A stretch of DNA of 63,544 nucleotides, filler included, from Octopus bimaculoides (taxonomy: Eukaryota), in assembly GCF_001194135.2 (NCBI RefSeq). It is 7 parts of 6 records of this genome, joined end to end, with 100 filler letters (N's around TTAATTAATTAA, not from the genome) between each part and the next. Parts side by side here need not be neighbours in the genome. Positions count along the whole stretch, not along the records: positions 1 to 27,886 come from NC_068983.1; 6 more parts are not named here. One strand, written 5' to 3'. Position numbers and translations under genes: made by a program. The notes beneath the pieces are model-generated. The model had not been told where the DNA came from, made no database searches, and saw only the letters and a list, made by a program, of their open reading frames with translations. Within the stretch, counting starts at the first letter, position 1, and each line of letters starts with the position of its first letter. Of the stretch, positions 11,661-24,871 are shown in pieces.

Positions 11661-13965
11661 GAAACGTAGAGAGGAGCAATTTGAAGATTTTTAATTAAAA
11701 AACACAGACACTACGACATATTCTTTAGCTATTGAGGGAAAACACTGATTTAAAAATAGCAATAATATAACTGGTTCTTTCGAGTATTAAACGTTGCTGA
11801 AGCAAACTGCCCCATTGCCATCAGCCGCCTTCGTCAAGTATGATATAGCCAGTTGGTAATATATATAATTCTCAAACTGGAATTCTAATGAATATAAAAA
11901 ATCATCATTATGTTACCGTTTGCAAACAATATCTGCTTGTTCTCTCTATGAACATAAAATACTGAGATGGCATAGATATTCTCGTGAAACAGATTACTGA
12001 AACTCTGTCATTACAGTGTGTCCAACAGATGACTTTTTCAGGCACTGGAAAAAAACGCGTTTAATGATGAACCACGTTCACTACGAAACGCATTCTAGAG
12101 GAGATCATCGGGAATGTTGTATCTCTGTCCGAGTTAATCAAATGTATCATTCTGTTAAGGGACTTACAGAACGGCTTGAACAAGCTTTAACTGGAAATTC
12201 CGGCAATGATCAAGAAACCCCTCGTTGACACGCTACAACAAAACGGGAATTCACATTGTATCGCTGCGTTAAATTAACTGCTTTAACTAGAACGAACATA
12301 ATCCTCTGTGAAATGAAGGAGCTGAATGGAACTGATTAAAAGAAAACAAATGAAAACCCTTATGCGATACTGAAGAACACTTTGTGTCAATATTCTATGA
12401 TTTGGTTAAACGTCTCAGATGCCACTTTATATACAATAACACTCGCAACTCCCTCATCTTAACGCAACGGCATGTAAACGGTAAGAGGTAGATAGATAAC
12501 TCAAGAGATAGCAAGAGAGAGAGAGAAAGAGAGAGAGAGACATAAAGAAAGAAAGAAAGCGAGAAAGAGAGAGAGGGAAGGAGAGAGGAACTAGCTCTAC
12601 TACTAGACTAGCAGCTTATCGAATACTAAAAGTAGCAAGAACTGAAATTGACGGGATTTAAAATCATCACAGAGTGTCGAAAAAAAGAAACAACTTCTGC
12701 TTTGGAAGCTGATCCGTTAGCCATTCTGTAACCGACGACTTTAACCAAAGATGGTTATGGAGCTTAAATGCGGTTGTACAGCTGACGCAAACTGTCCCAG
12801 AAGCCTCACAGTTGTAGCTTACTAAAATCTTGTGTAAAAAGCAAGTTACGTTAATGACGCAATAGCACAGATATATCGTACATAGATATTTTGAAAAGAA
12901 AACGAATAACTCTAGTTCAATATGTAAAGAAAAAAAAAAGGAGAAATCTAATGACAACTTGTAAGGGCATAAACGTGATAATGATGTTTTTATTAATATC
13001 TATTCTATATGAGGATAGTAACACAAAACAATCCAGCTGACAATTGTGCACACAAGACGAAGTAAAATAATATAATTGCAAATCTATCAATGTCACAATC
13101 CATCCGAATAAAAGAAAACATAGAACAAGTAACTAGAAGGCGAACAGTTCCAATAATGAGGTAAAACAAAAAAAAACAAGTGTAGTCATCTAAAAACAAC
13201 GATTGAGAGAAGTAAAGGATTGGAATAAGCCATATAGAAACAACCAGCAGAAAACAAAACAGCTGGATATTATAATATATAGCAATATATTCCACACGAA
13301 CAATTCCTAGAAACAGTAATAAGCAAATAAATGAAAACGTACGAATGTATATTAAGGAGAACGAATTTATATTAAAGGAAATAAGTTACTCCTAATGTTG
13401 TGTCTTACTTCGACAGTAGCAGACACTATCAGAGGTTGTAAGTGTCTCCAAGCCCGGGTATGGTTTGAGACAAAGGGCCGAGGCGTCATATTAGATATAT
13501 CCTCTCATTTGAGCCTGTCCCATTGTGGCTGATGATATGTGCGTCTCTGATCACGAGCACGAATATGGGGGAGCGTCATAGGTATCTGTTGAAAGGAGTT
13601 CTTTGGGATATGCAAAATTCAACTCTAGATATAGGTGTTTCGTTTATTATCATTAAGCAACAGGGACATTTTGTTTGGGGTATTCTACTTAAGTTGTATA
13701 ACAGAGACATTTTGGGTGGGGTATTCTGCTAACGTGTATAAAGCTCTAAGTGGGCTCCACTTGCAAGGTCATACGTAGTTATCTTGATATGTGATCACAA
13801 CGTTGCGGATATATGGTTGTTCTGCATGTGCCTGGTTTACTTTTATCAGACGGGTATCCATGGTGCGTATATTGGGATTCGTATATATGTACCCTACGGT
13901 CAGTTTGATGGTATGCGCTGCACATTTACTGAATACACACACATACACCCACGTACTCACACATA

Positions 13966-14074
<109 letters not shown>

Positions 14075-15210
14075 GTGATTTTGGTATCCAGAAGACCTAA
14101 AAGGCAGGTAAAGCTATGTAAGTGCTACGGAAAGACCGCTGTTGACACCCGGTTCGATAATACGATGAGTGAGGAGCGTACTGGAGGTTAAACAGCATTT
14201 CATTTCATTGCTATAACGTCAAGTCATCACAAGTAAAAGGCACTTTAGTTTAGCTGAATCGGCTGTCCAACATTTTACAATGTTTTATGTATGTGACCAT
14301 ATTAGGTCAAGAGTTTTTAACCGTATATTTGACCACTGATTGGGCTTCGATACCGGTTCTTAAATCCACTCAGACCACATCTTGAGATTTGAAAACAAAA
14401 GTAATAGTCTGAGATGATGAGTCGGTCGCTCACCAACATCTTGTACCAGAGAACTAGCAATTCTGTTGCAAACGTTTTCGCTACACCCATTATATCTACA
14501 GTAACACACTATACCCAATATATACTACACCCAACATTTTTACTGTAACACACACATATTATGTATATCGTTCTTAGGATCAAAGATTTGCGCGCGATAA
14601 ATCCGCTGAGCCCTAAACAGCCCCAGCAGAAAGTAAACAAAGCAACAATGACAGAACTTTGAATACACCGATTAGAATATATGGCTAAAGTGAAAACAAT
14701 ATCAAATATTTTTCTGTTGTTCACCAAGTCAGCAAGAATGTGGGAAATTTATTTTAGAGAGAACAAAATAAACGACGCCACAAAAATATATAAGACAAAC
14801 ATTGTTTCTCTCAGTGTTATAGTATTGTCAGTAATAAATCTTATAGACATCACCCAGAAGACTTTTTCAAACACCTATATAAAGCTATATATTTGAAGTC
14901 TAGATTTTTTCGCGCCTCCTCGACTTCAAACTCGCAGAGAAAGATACATGCCACAGAGATAATATGAATATATATTTTTAAAAATCTGTATCCTTTTTTG
15001 TTTCAGTTATTACACTGCTGCCATGGTGGGGCATCAGTTCGGAGAAGTTTTAGTTCGAATGAAACGAGACTAGTTATCTTTATTGTAAGCTTGATACGAT
15101 TGGAATCGCTAAGTTATAAGGTCATGAACGCACAAGTTCGGGTTGTCAAACGATGGCACGGGAGAAACTCTGACGTAAATACACACACTCACCGCATATA
15201 TATGTATATA

Positions 15211-15587
15211 TTGTTGGCACTCCGTCGCTTACGACGTCGAGGGTTCTAGTTGATCCGATCAATGGAACAGCCTGCTCGTGAAATTAACGCACAAGTGGCT
15301 GAGCACTCCACAGACACGTGTACCCTTAACGTAGTTCTCGGGGATATTCAGCATGACACAGTGTGACAAGGCTGACCCTTTGAATTACAGGCACAACAGA
15401 AACAGGAAGAAAGAGTGAGAGTTGTGGTGAAAGAGTACAGCAGGGTTCGCCACCATCCCCTGCCGGAGCCTCGTGGAGCTTTAGGTGTTTTCGCTCAATA
15501 CACACTCACAACGCCCGGTCTGGGAATCGGAACCGCGATCCTATGACCGCGAGTTGGCTGCCCTAACCACTGGGCCATTGCGCCTCC
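15211..15587 (-). mobile_element. Full-length SINE family A with tRNA-Arg-like head
   Basis: Near-identical over ~380 bp to 35056-35438 and 58440-58822. The head has a pol III A box (TGGCCCAGTGG) and B box (GGTTCCGATTCC). It resembles the tRNA-Arg-derived octopus OR-type SINEs; the family name is from recall and unverified. Confidence 0.95.
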
Positions 15588-15588
15588 A

Positions 15589-15646
<58 letters not shown>

Positions 15647-15649
15647 GTC

Positions 15650-15775
15650 TATCCACTCACACGGCTTTTGTCTGCTGCAGGTTATAGTTGAAGACATGCC
15701 CAAGATCCCACGCTGTGAGATTGAATCCGAAAGCATGTTGTTGGGAAACACACTACTTACCACACAGCCGAACTG
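15650..15775 (-). mobile_element. SINE family C head, diverged
   Basis: atccactcacacggctttt..gttatagttgaagacatgcccaag..cttaccacacagcc. Confidence 0.75.
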
Positions 15776-16949
15776 GCGCCTATCGAATAGAGAAATCACA
15801 AGAATGTGATAGAAATTTGTCGCATTGAACATTTGTGACAGTGGAGTATTTACTTTATTCTGTGAAGTAAGTAAATGTAAAAACGGGTCACTTACTTTAT
15901 TCTACTGTCCAAATACATGGGGAAGCCCATCACATGCCTTTCAATGACATATATATAGATATCGATGCTGCTCATTTATATTTCTTCACATTTATAGCGA
16001 AAGCAGTAACGCGGTGAACGCCGAAATGACTACAAATCATGTTGTTTGTTGGGCTTTCTTAGGATATTCAAGAGTTAAGTATCCACGAAGAACATGCTCA
16101 TTCTGCCATACTGCAGCTACAAACTACAAACAAGACTGACTGTGCACAGTAGAAAACACAATTGAAAATTACGCTGAAGAATGGGATATTTAAATCCCTT
16201 CCTCTCTGAGGAACTGTAAAAGCAGAGAAAGAAAGGTAAACGGCGGTACAGCAAGTGACATCAGTAAACCACAAAACTCGATGTGCCTGTTATAAAATTA
16301 CTGAACACATGCCTCCTTCTCTGAGCATGCCAAAACTATCAAATTTTGCTCCGCAAGAGAAATTGACAAAAGGATTCCAATTCGGTGGTACCATTCCTAA
16401 ATTGAGCAACAATAGGATGATAAGTGATAACAGACAGGGTAACAGCAACGAGCAAACCAAAAAACTAACATAGAGATGTAAAAGCAAAATTCGAAAACCA
16501 ATAAAAAATCTTAGTAATTAGGATACTAGAAGGAATATCGCCCGGAGAATGTGGTACCTCTCTTAGTTCTACTGAAACCAAACTTTGCTGGTGAGAACTT
16601 TGTATAAACCGGGTGTTTCTACGACTGAATGGCTGTAGGGGTTCTCACTATATTTGATCAAGCCCAACTGTTGGTTTTCATTCGGATTTGGAAAAATTGT
16701 TTTAGTTGCTTTATTCTAGATCTATATATTTATATATGCAATTTATCTAGTATATTCACCATTGCAAAAATAAACGACATATATTGTATCACGTCATATT
16801 CCGAACTACTTTATATTTAACTACTTGTATAGATTCCCACATGTCCTTTTAATAAGTTTTTGTAGGTATGAATGTTACCTGGCGACCAAAAACAAAACTG
16901 CAAGTATTAGTATACCTATTTCAGCTGTCTGAATGTTGATCTTGCTTAC

Positions 16950-17029
16950 CATTGCAGATAGAAGGATGCACGTTATTGTATTAAGTCATGTCTTACCTGA
17001 AAAGAAAGAAAACAATAATGCATGGTTAG
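16950..17029 (-). promoter_or_regulatory. Candidate recursive splice site with 47-nt cryptic exon
   Basis: Minus strand reads CTAAC (branch A at -30)..GTTTTCTTTCTTTTCAG|GTAAGA..47 nt..ATG|GTAAGC. Confidence 0.4.
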
Positions 17030-19139
17030 AAAATAGTTAAAGAGAAATTGCTAAAAAATATAATCAGAATATATAACCTACAGATATGTCAGAGACAAAT
17101 GAAGAAAAAGAAAATTATAAAGATATTAAAAATGAAGAACATATTTTCTTGAAATTATATTATGTAAATGCACTCCATAAATAATCAAATATAATACAAT
17201 TTGTATGTTTTCAGGATCATTTCGTTACAAATTGTTACCTGAAATCACGTCATAAACGTGTCAAGAACACAGCACATATCAATTGCATTTACTGTCATCA
17301 GTTTGTTATAGATTTAACATTCCACATCTACGCTTTATCATCTATGCTACTTTATTCAAGTCTGCGTTTTTGATTAATGCGATAAATCAGCCTGACTGAA
17401 GTTGTTAATGTCACTCACAACGTAGAAGTCAGATATCTTCGTTAATATCTTTAAATGTTTTAATCGTTTCACCCACTGACTTTTTAGGGATGGCAACGTG
17501 ACGTGGCAATCGATTTCATATCTTTTTATGTTTTGAGTTTATTAATGTAGTGGAAATTCCGTAAGCCTCAACTTACTGTTCGATTTCGAGGCTTACGCCA
17601 CGAAGGCAGCAACCCAACCCGTTTTGACATCGTACAGAATGACAAAAAAATAACTTGAAAATGATAGCAGATATTCGGAGAACATTGTATAGTCTATCCT
17701 TCATTTCTTTCAAGGCCTATACGAAACGCACGAACCCCCTTGAGAATCTATTACTACGAACTGCAAAATCTATTAGCATTTAGATTTTTATTTTCTTTCT
17801 AAACAGTGCAGAACAATCCAGTTGAATAACGATTAACTTACGAAAAACCTGCCTTACCAAGAAATAGAACTTGTGTTGCAATCACTGAACAGAGCGGAGA
17901 ATTTACTAAGATACAGAAATAGAATAGGTCGTATCTGCTTTAGTGGAATGATTGCATTTGGTGCCAAGTAGGAGTGTGTGATTGCTTACAGTCACACAGC
18001 TCCGTTCGCATAGTGGTTGAAATGTACAATCCCAATATCACAGTACTCTGTGGAATAGACTATGAGAATAATTGGTATCACATATATAGGGTACACATTC
18101 TTTTAGCAATTTCTTTTCAGATAGGTAGCACCTCCAAAGTACAAATCGATGTCAATGATGAGATTATGAAGTTAAAATGTCTGCTCTGCTGCATTTAAAT
18201 TCTTTTCCTTCTCATCATGATATCTCTTGTGTAACAATGGAAGTGGTCAACAATTCAGAGAAAGTAATCGTATCCACGGTGACCAGTGAGACCATCTAAT
18301 AATGTATTACACAGGGAGACAAGCTAATAACAATTTGATAAGATGCAAGGTGGTGGCTTGATATTATTGAGCGGTACAGAGTGGAAAACTGCAACACAAT
18401 ATGTCAACTATATCTCACGTTGTTCACCAGTAGAGCCCATATTTACTAACATCATTTACAAACAAAAGAATCTACGGAATATTTTCTGCATGATATAATG
18501 CTACATTATAGTCGTATAATATAACACATATTAATTGCAGTTGATGGATATGTGAAAGATGAAAAACAGACCACCAAGTGCTTTGATCACTGACAATCGT
18601 TCATTGTATCTCCTAAGCTAATGAACTGATAAGAATAGGAAAGGGAAGACAATTCTGTGAAAAAAAAAAACGAAATGATCTACATATTCAATTGCACCCA
18701 CCCCACCCAACAACAGGATACATTATGGTAATGTGAAAAATGCAGTAAACATCCATGAAGACATCATATCTGTTTTTGGTTTTAGAGTACAAATCTTTCT
18801 ACACTATTAGAATGAAATAACAAAGCTTGCCAGAAATATTACAGGGAACGCAAAACTGAATCAATCTACGTTAAATTCAGACAATGAAAGACACAATTTC
18901 AACAGTATATCCAGAAGATAAAGTTGAGCGGGTGCGAAAACAAACAATTTAGTTGCAAAGTGCTGTTGATTTCATTGATATGTGCAGTTTCTATCCTGGT
19001 GTGTAGGCTGCACACTGATCTCAGAGGAAATGTAACATTTTCTTTGAATCTTCTGATCAGGCAACAAAAGGGTTAGACCAAGACCATACATATGGTAGTG
19101 AGAGAAATGCTACTTGCTTGTAATTGTACCTTTGCCTCC

Positions 19140-19420
19140 TATAGTGCAACAGAAGTGGGTAGTTGAGCTTCGTGCATGGCTGATTTGATGTAAGCACAAC
19201 ATTGGGCTTCCAAAATTCACATCAGAAGCTGTTTATTGGCCTAGTAGTGACTTGATCTAGGCAGCAAAACCTGAAATTTTCACTACAAATTAGAAATAAT
19301 TGTGGAGCAAATCACTTTATAATGATGGTTGACTCAGTAACAAGAAAGATCACCCGATAATTCGAGTTTGGGACTCATGTGGTTGAAAGTGCGAATGTGG
19401 GTCAAATATCACGTGTCGAT
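19140..19420 (+). mobile_element. Possible very old mariner transposase N-terminal fragment
   Basis: QQKWVVELRA resembles VQKW.AEFRRG, and KVRMWV resembles KV.ARWVP. Heavily degraded. Confidence 0.3.
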
Positions 19421-19582
19421 ATAAGGTAATGCACATCTTACCGAGCAGAAATACCATCCACACTCGGTACAGTTTTCGGAGACGTGGACAATACACCGGA
19501 AACATATCATATAATACATTCATTCTGAAGTGCCATGTTAGTCATCATGAATATCAACTGAAAACGCCCGGTGAAGGCTAAC

Positions 19583-19813
19583 TTAAAACCTGTAAAGATC
19601 AAAATTACTAATATGAAAATAACATTGATGTACTGAATTCTCACTTGTTAGGTGTATGCCTAAATATTTGAAGTAATTTCGTAGCCAATAACAAATTCTG
19701 TAGCGAACTAGAAATCGAAGTCTATCTTGATCGTGGTACAAGAATATCGTTAAGTGAAGTATTTGCTGATTAGGCCTTGATGATAACAACATCACCATGG
19801 CAGCTGAGAACAA
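19583..19813 (-). mobile_element. Possible LINE RT C-terminal fragment
   Basis: VMLLS...NYFKYLGIHLTSE resembles the conserved F(K/R)YLG thumb motif. Confidence 0.35.
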
Positions 19814-21049
19814 GAAGCCGTGGACGGGGACAGTTCATTTCTGATATCACAGTGATCAATAGTTCTTATAGACATAAATCGCCGACCAGATGGCGAGGAA
19901 TAAAATAAGTATTTATTATTAATTCAGTGTTATCTGATTTCTATTGTGAAATCTATTCATATCTTATAACAATTTGCAGATATGTAGACGAATCATGCTG
20001 GAGAAATAATATATAGCGAGATAAGATAGAAATGGGGGAAAGATAAGAAATATTGACTCTTTCAGATGCTACTGGGCACTCAATCTTCACAGCTACTCAA
20101 TTGTGATCTTCTCAAATAATTACTGAGAGTAAACAGATTAGGATATATGGTTATAAAATACAAATACATGCGATCGGCTTCAGGCAATCGATTGAAAAAG
20201 ACTAACAAAATAGACGAAATATTTATTTATTCTAAGTATCCTCAGAACTATTGTCAGACTGAAAAATATATAATTCATATAGAATTGTGTACATTTAGAC
20301 AATACAAAGACATGTCATGTTTTTAATTTCCTGAGGAAATTTGCATATTCACTAAAACCTCAATCGATCCGCGCTATTTTAACAGTATGGAAGTGTTTGA
20401 TGAGATCTGAAGTGCTTTATCTCTTTAAAAACTGACACTTTTGGGAATTAATATGCGACTCTTATGTCATAGCTACCAAGTCTATACTGAAAGCTACAGT
20501 TTGGCTTCCGTTTTATGCAGTATGATGAATGAGATATAAACTTCTACCAGAATAGGTCACTAGTCTAATCCAAATATAATTCTCAAGTGCATTGCTTTAA
20601 TAACTGAACTGACAAAAATAGCTTTTATTTTTTTTCAAAAGTAGAGCTGTATTGGTTTTGATTCCATGAACCATGAGTAAAATGTTCAATAATCTACCTA
20701 AACATATATCTCAGATACACGAATACACCTACCCCTACATTTCTATTATATATTCTTTGTATTATTAGAATCTTGCGTTTCCATGTGTTTCCAACGAAAA
20801 CAACGTTCATAGGCATGAATGCGCAGAAAAATATGAAAAGAAATGAATCTATCGTTTTCTATTTGTGCCTGTCTCACCGCCTCTCTGTCTCTTCTCTTCT
20901 CTTTGACTCTTTGACTATCTATCTACATGTGCCTATATACACGTGCAAAGTATATGTATATGTATACGCATACGCACGCACGATAAACACGCATGTATGC
21001 AAACAAACCTACATGCATACAGACATGTGTGCGTGTATGTGGGTATATG

Positions 21050-21094
<45 letters not shown>

Positions 21095-21212
21095 NNNNNN
21101 NNNNNNNNNNNNNNNNNNNNNNNNNNNNNNNNNNNNNNNNNNNNNNNNNNNNNNNNNNNNNNNNNNNNNNNNNNNNNNNNNNNNNNNNNNNNNNNNNNNN
21201 NNNNNNNNNNNN

Positions 21213-21261
<49 letters not shown>

Positions 21262-23806
21262 CTTGTAGTATATATACTATTTCGCTTCAGTCATGTGATT
21301 ACTCACTTTACCGTTCCGCTCCTCGCATTTTAGTTCTAATCTCTACTTGCTTTTCTGCTATTTCTCCGATTCCCTTCCTTAAGCCGTTTGCATCCTCCTT
21401 CTATCTGCCTCTCACTTCTCTCTTTCACTTCTTCTACGAACTGCTAACTACTACTTTTCTTCCACAGAAATGAAGTCGGTATTGCGGTAATACCTGTATG
21501 CATCCATCTACGTCTTGCATATACATGACTTTTAAATCAGTGATGTAAAAGTTTTAAGCCTTATTGTAAGCTACACCTGTTAATTACGATTGCTTCACCC
21601 ATGCAATATACTTAAAATGAGGGTAGTGTTAGTGCCCAGACATGACCTTTAAACTGGCCACTTCTTTCTACAATGAAACAGTTAATAAAAGCGTATTCTC
21701 CAAGGAGATCCGTTATTTTTGCAGTCAAAATAAGCTGAAGTAGAACGAGAAAGAAGTTGATGTTCGATGAAGAATATATTATGTAACAACAGAATTTTAA
21801 TATTTATCATCTAGGTGTTTCACCAGGGACCATATATATTCAGGAATATTATGTAGAAAACAGCAATAAATGAGCTATTCTTGCTTGTAAAATCTTCGCC
21901 TCGTTCGTTACACAGCACGATATAAGTAGACTCGATAAATCTTGTAGATATGATGACTTGTCTAAACACAATTGTAAAGATCCTATTAATGTCTCCTTAA
22001 AGACAAATTCCTGATTAAAAGGACTGTTGATGGATCTAAAACCCAGAATGATAACAGTTCTAGATTTATAGTTAAACTGGATTTAAAGACAGCAGCATGA
22101 ATACGAGATTTTATGGACACGAAAATTCAGTTAACTATCGAGAAAAGAGATCATTAATGATTTCATGAAAATATCTATGCCATTTAAAAGGATCTGTTTC
22201 CATCTATTTCAAAATCGAGAGTCTGTCTGAGAAAGAGCAAGCCTAAACAGGTATGAGTCCTACCGACATTCTATAAAATGTCAGTTACGCTTAGATGAAA
22301 AATATTTTGACCTATTTCATGACAAATCGGCCTCGAACCGTAAATCTAAACTATTGAACTGTTGTAGGCAATCTTCGTCGTGTCTGATTCTGAGTTTTGC
22401 CACGGAAAGATTAATATATTAATATTGCAACTTCCCAATACCGCATAGACTTTATTGTATTTATCATGACTTCGAATATGATAGATGTATTTTAGTATAG
22501 TTTTGTAATCCTGAATTTCAATTGTCCTATTCGATATTTATATAATTTCATGAGAGATATATGATTTCATTTTTCAGTATGAACATTTATCGATCAAAGT
22601 ATAGGTTATAGACACGTCTTTTATTATTCCTTTTATTACACTTTTCTTTTTTAGATTGTTACTCCTTCACGGAATTAATTGGATCGACTTTTTTCATACA
22701 TTTCCATGAATATTTTCTCGACGTCTTTACATTTTTGGCGAAATTGAATTTCATCCTTTTTAGTTTGATGGACTTTTCCACTATAATATTGTTCCCGTAT
22801 TTCTTTATTATTTGCCTTCTTTGTATCCTTCACTAATAATACCACTTTATCTAATGTCTCTATCTAGTACATGTTTTCTAATCGCTTAAAGCTCCCTCAT
22901 GAATTGCACTTAGTATTTCTCCATATTTGATACAAAATTGTCAATTTCAGTATTCGTTTGCTTATCTTGCATATCCTTTCCTTTAACATATTCTTCTAAC
23001 TTCTGCTATTTTCTCTCTTTCAGATATTCTTTTGTGAGTTCCAATTTGACTTTGCCTGCATATCGTCTTCCTTTATAGCAAGCTTATTTATGTACTTTTG
23101 AATTACCTCTTTGTTTTACACTTGCTTTTGTCGCAATTTTTCATTTTAATTGTTTTCGTTCAACAATGTATTTTTAAAAACTTATGATCATTTCGTTCAT
23201 TGTATCTGTTATATATGTATATATTTCAACATATATAGGAACATTTTATATTTTAGTTTACCATTCAGTTTGGACTCACGTTTTAAATACTTCATTCAAT
23301 GTCAATCGGTTTCAACCAATAGTTTCCTTTTATAATGAAAAGACGTAACGTGGTGTTCAGTCAATTTAAATGTATGCTTAATGAGTAGCATAAGTAATTA
23401 TCACTACACCGCATAAAACCATATATAAGCCATGGTATTTTTCAACTTATTCCCAGGTACCTGAAGATCGTTAATGTGCATCTCTGGGTAACTTTTCCTG
23501 ATGTCTATTTATCTAAATGGAGCATGATGCTATTGTATGCACCGTTGGTATTCGACGTTTGTTTTACCTACATGAGCATGTAAACGCACGCACGGGCGCA
23601 CATACACTCACTCACACACACACACACACATTCGCACGCACGCACGCACGCGCACACACACACACACATACACAGACACGTGTGTGTGTCTGTGTGTACG
23701 TATTTGTGAGTTTCTGTGTCTAGGGATATTGCAATCAACACTGAGAAGGAGAATAACGAACGAACCGAGTTGGACATAATACATATATACATACATATAT
23801 ACATAC

Positions 23807-23903
<97 letters not shown>

Positions 23904-24540
23904 CGTGTGTGTATATCTATTTAGATAAGCGATATATATAAACGTACACATATACTTGACATTTATATATCTGTTTAATTACATATATATATCTATATAC
24001 ATATTTCAGTGTGTTTGTGGGCTAGTGTGTAGGTTCGTGTGTTCGTGTGTGTGTGTTTATGTGTGCTTATGTGTGTGTGTGTCTGCTTGTGTGTTCAAAT
24101 GTATAACATATAAGAGAATTGGTTTGAATACGCACGACTCCCGTATAAACATTCATTTCACTGTTGGATGGACAACCACCGCAAAATTCTTATGTACATA
24201 AAGCAACACCAAACAAAAAAACACAAAAAGAAAAACAATATCAGAGAATAAAAACAAAAATAAACCGTTAATGTAACAAATAAATGGCACAGTTCTTCAA
24301 TACCGTAGAATGAATGAATATCGTAAATTAAGTTAACTCAGATGAATTATACGAGAAGCAGTTTCAATTGGTAAAACAGACATTTGCACTATTTATTGAA
24401 ATAGACTTTGAATGCCAAGGTTTTGTTCAGGACAGTAAATCGATTCTGATATCTATGTTTGAATGTACTTGGCTTCCATCTTCAATGCCCATTTTATATA
24501 CAAATACGTATTTTTGTTCTAGTATTGATGTTAAAATATC

Positions 24541-24615
<75 letters not shown>

Positions 24616-24834
24616 NNNNNNNNNNNNNNNNNNNNNNNNNNNNNNNNNNNNNNNNNNNNNNNNNNNNNNNNNNNNNNNNNNNNNNNNNNNNNNNNNNNNN
24701 NNNNNNNNNNNNNNNNNNNNNNNNNNNNNNNNNNNNNNNNNNNNNNNNNNNNNNNNNNNNNNNNNNNNNNNNNNNNNNNNNNNNNNNNNNNNNNNNNNNN
24801 NNNNNNNNNNNNNNNNNNNNNNNNNNNNNNNNNN

Positions 24835-24871
<37 letters not shown>

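Noticed and set aside
13005-13295. 96-aa hydrophobic minus-strand ORF resembling a multi-pass membrane protein or chemoreceptor
   Set aside because: The minus strand is very T-rich, which yields F/L/I/C/V by composition; no family motif or splice context.
21440-21490. Strong acceptor with branch point, possible neural microexon
   Set aside because: Possible exon lengths (7, 11, 19 nt) are not frame-preserving, donors are weak, and such acceptors are common in this pyrimidine-rich context.
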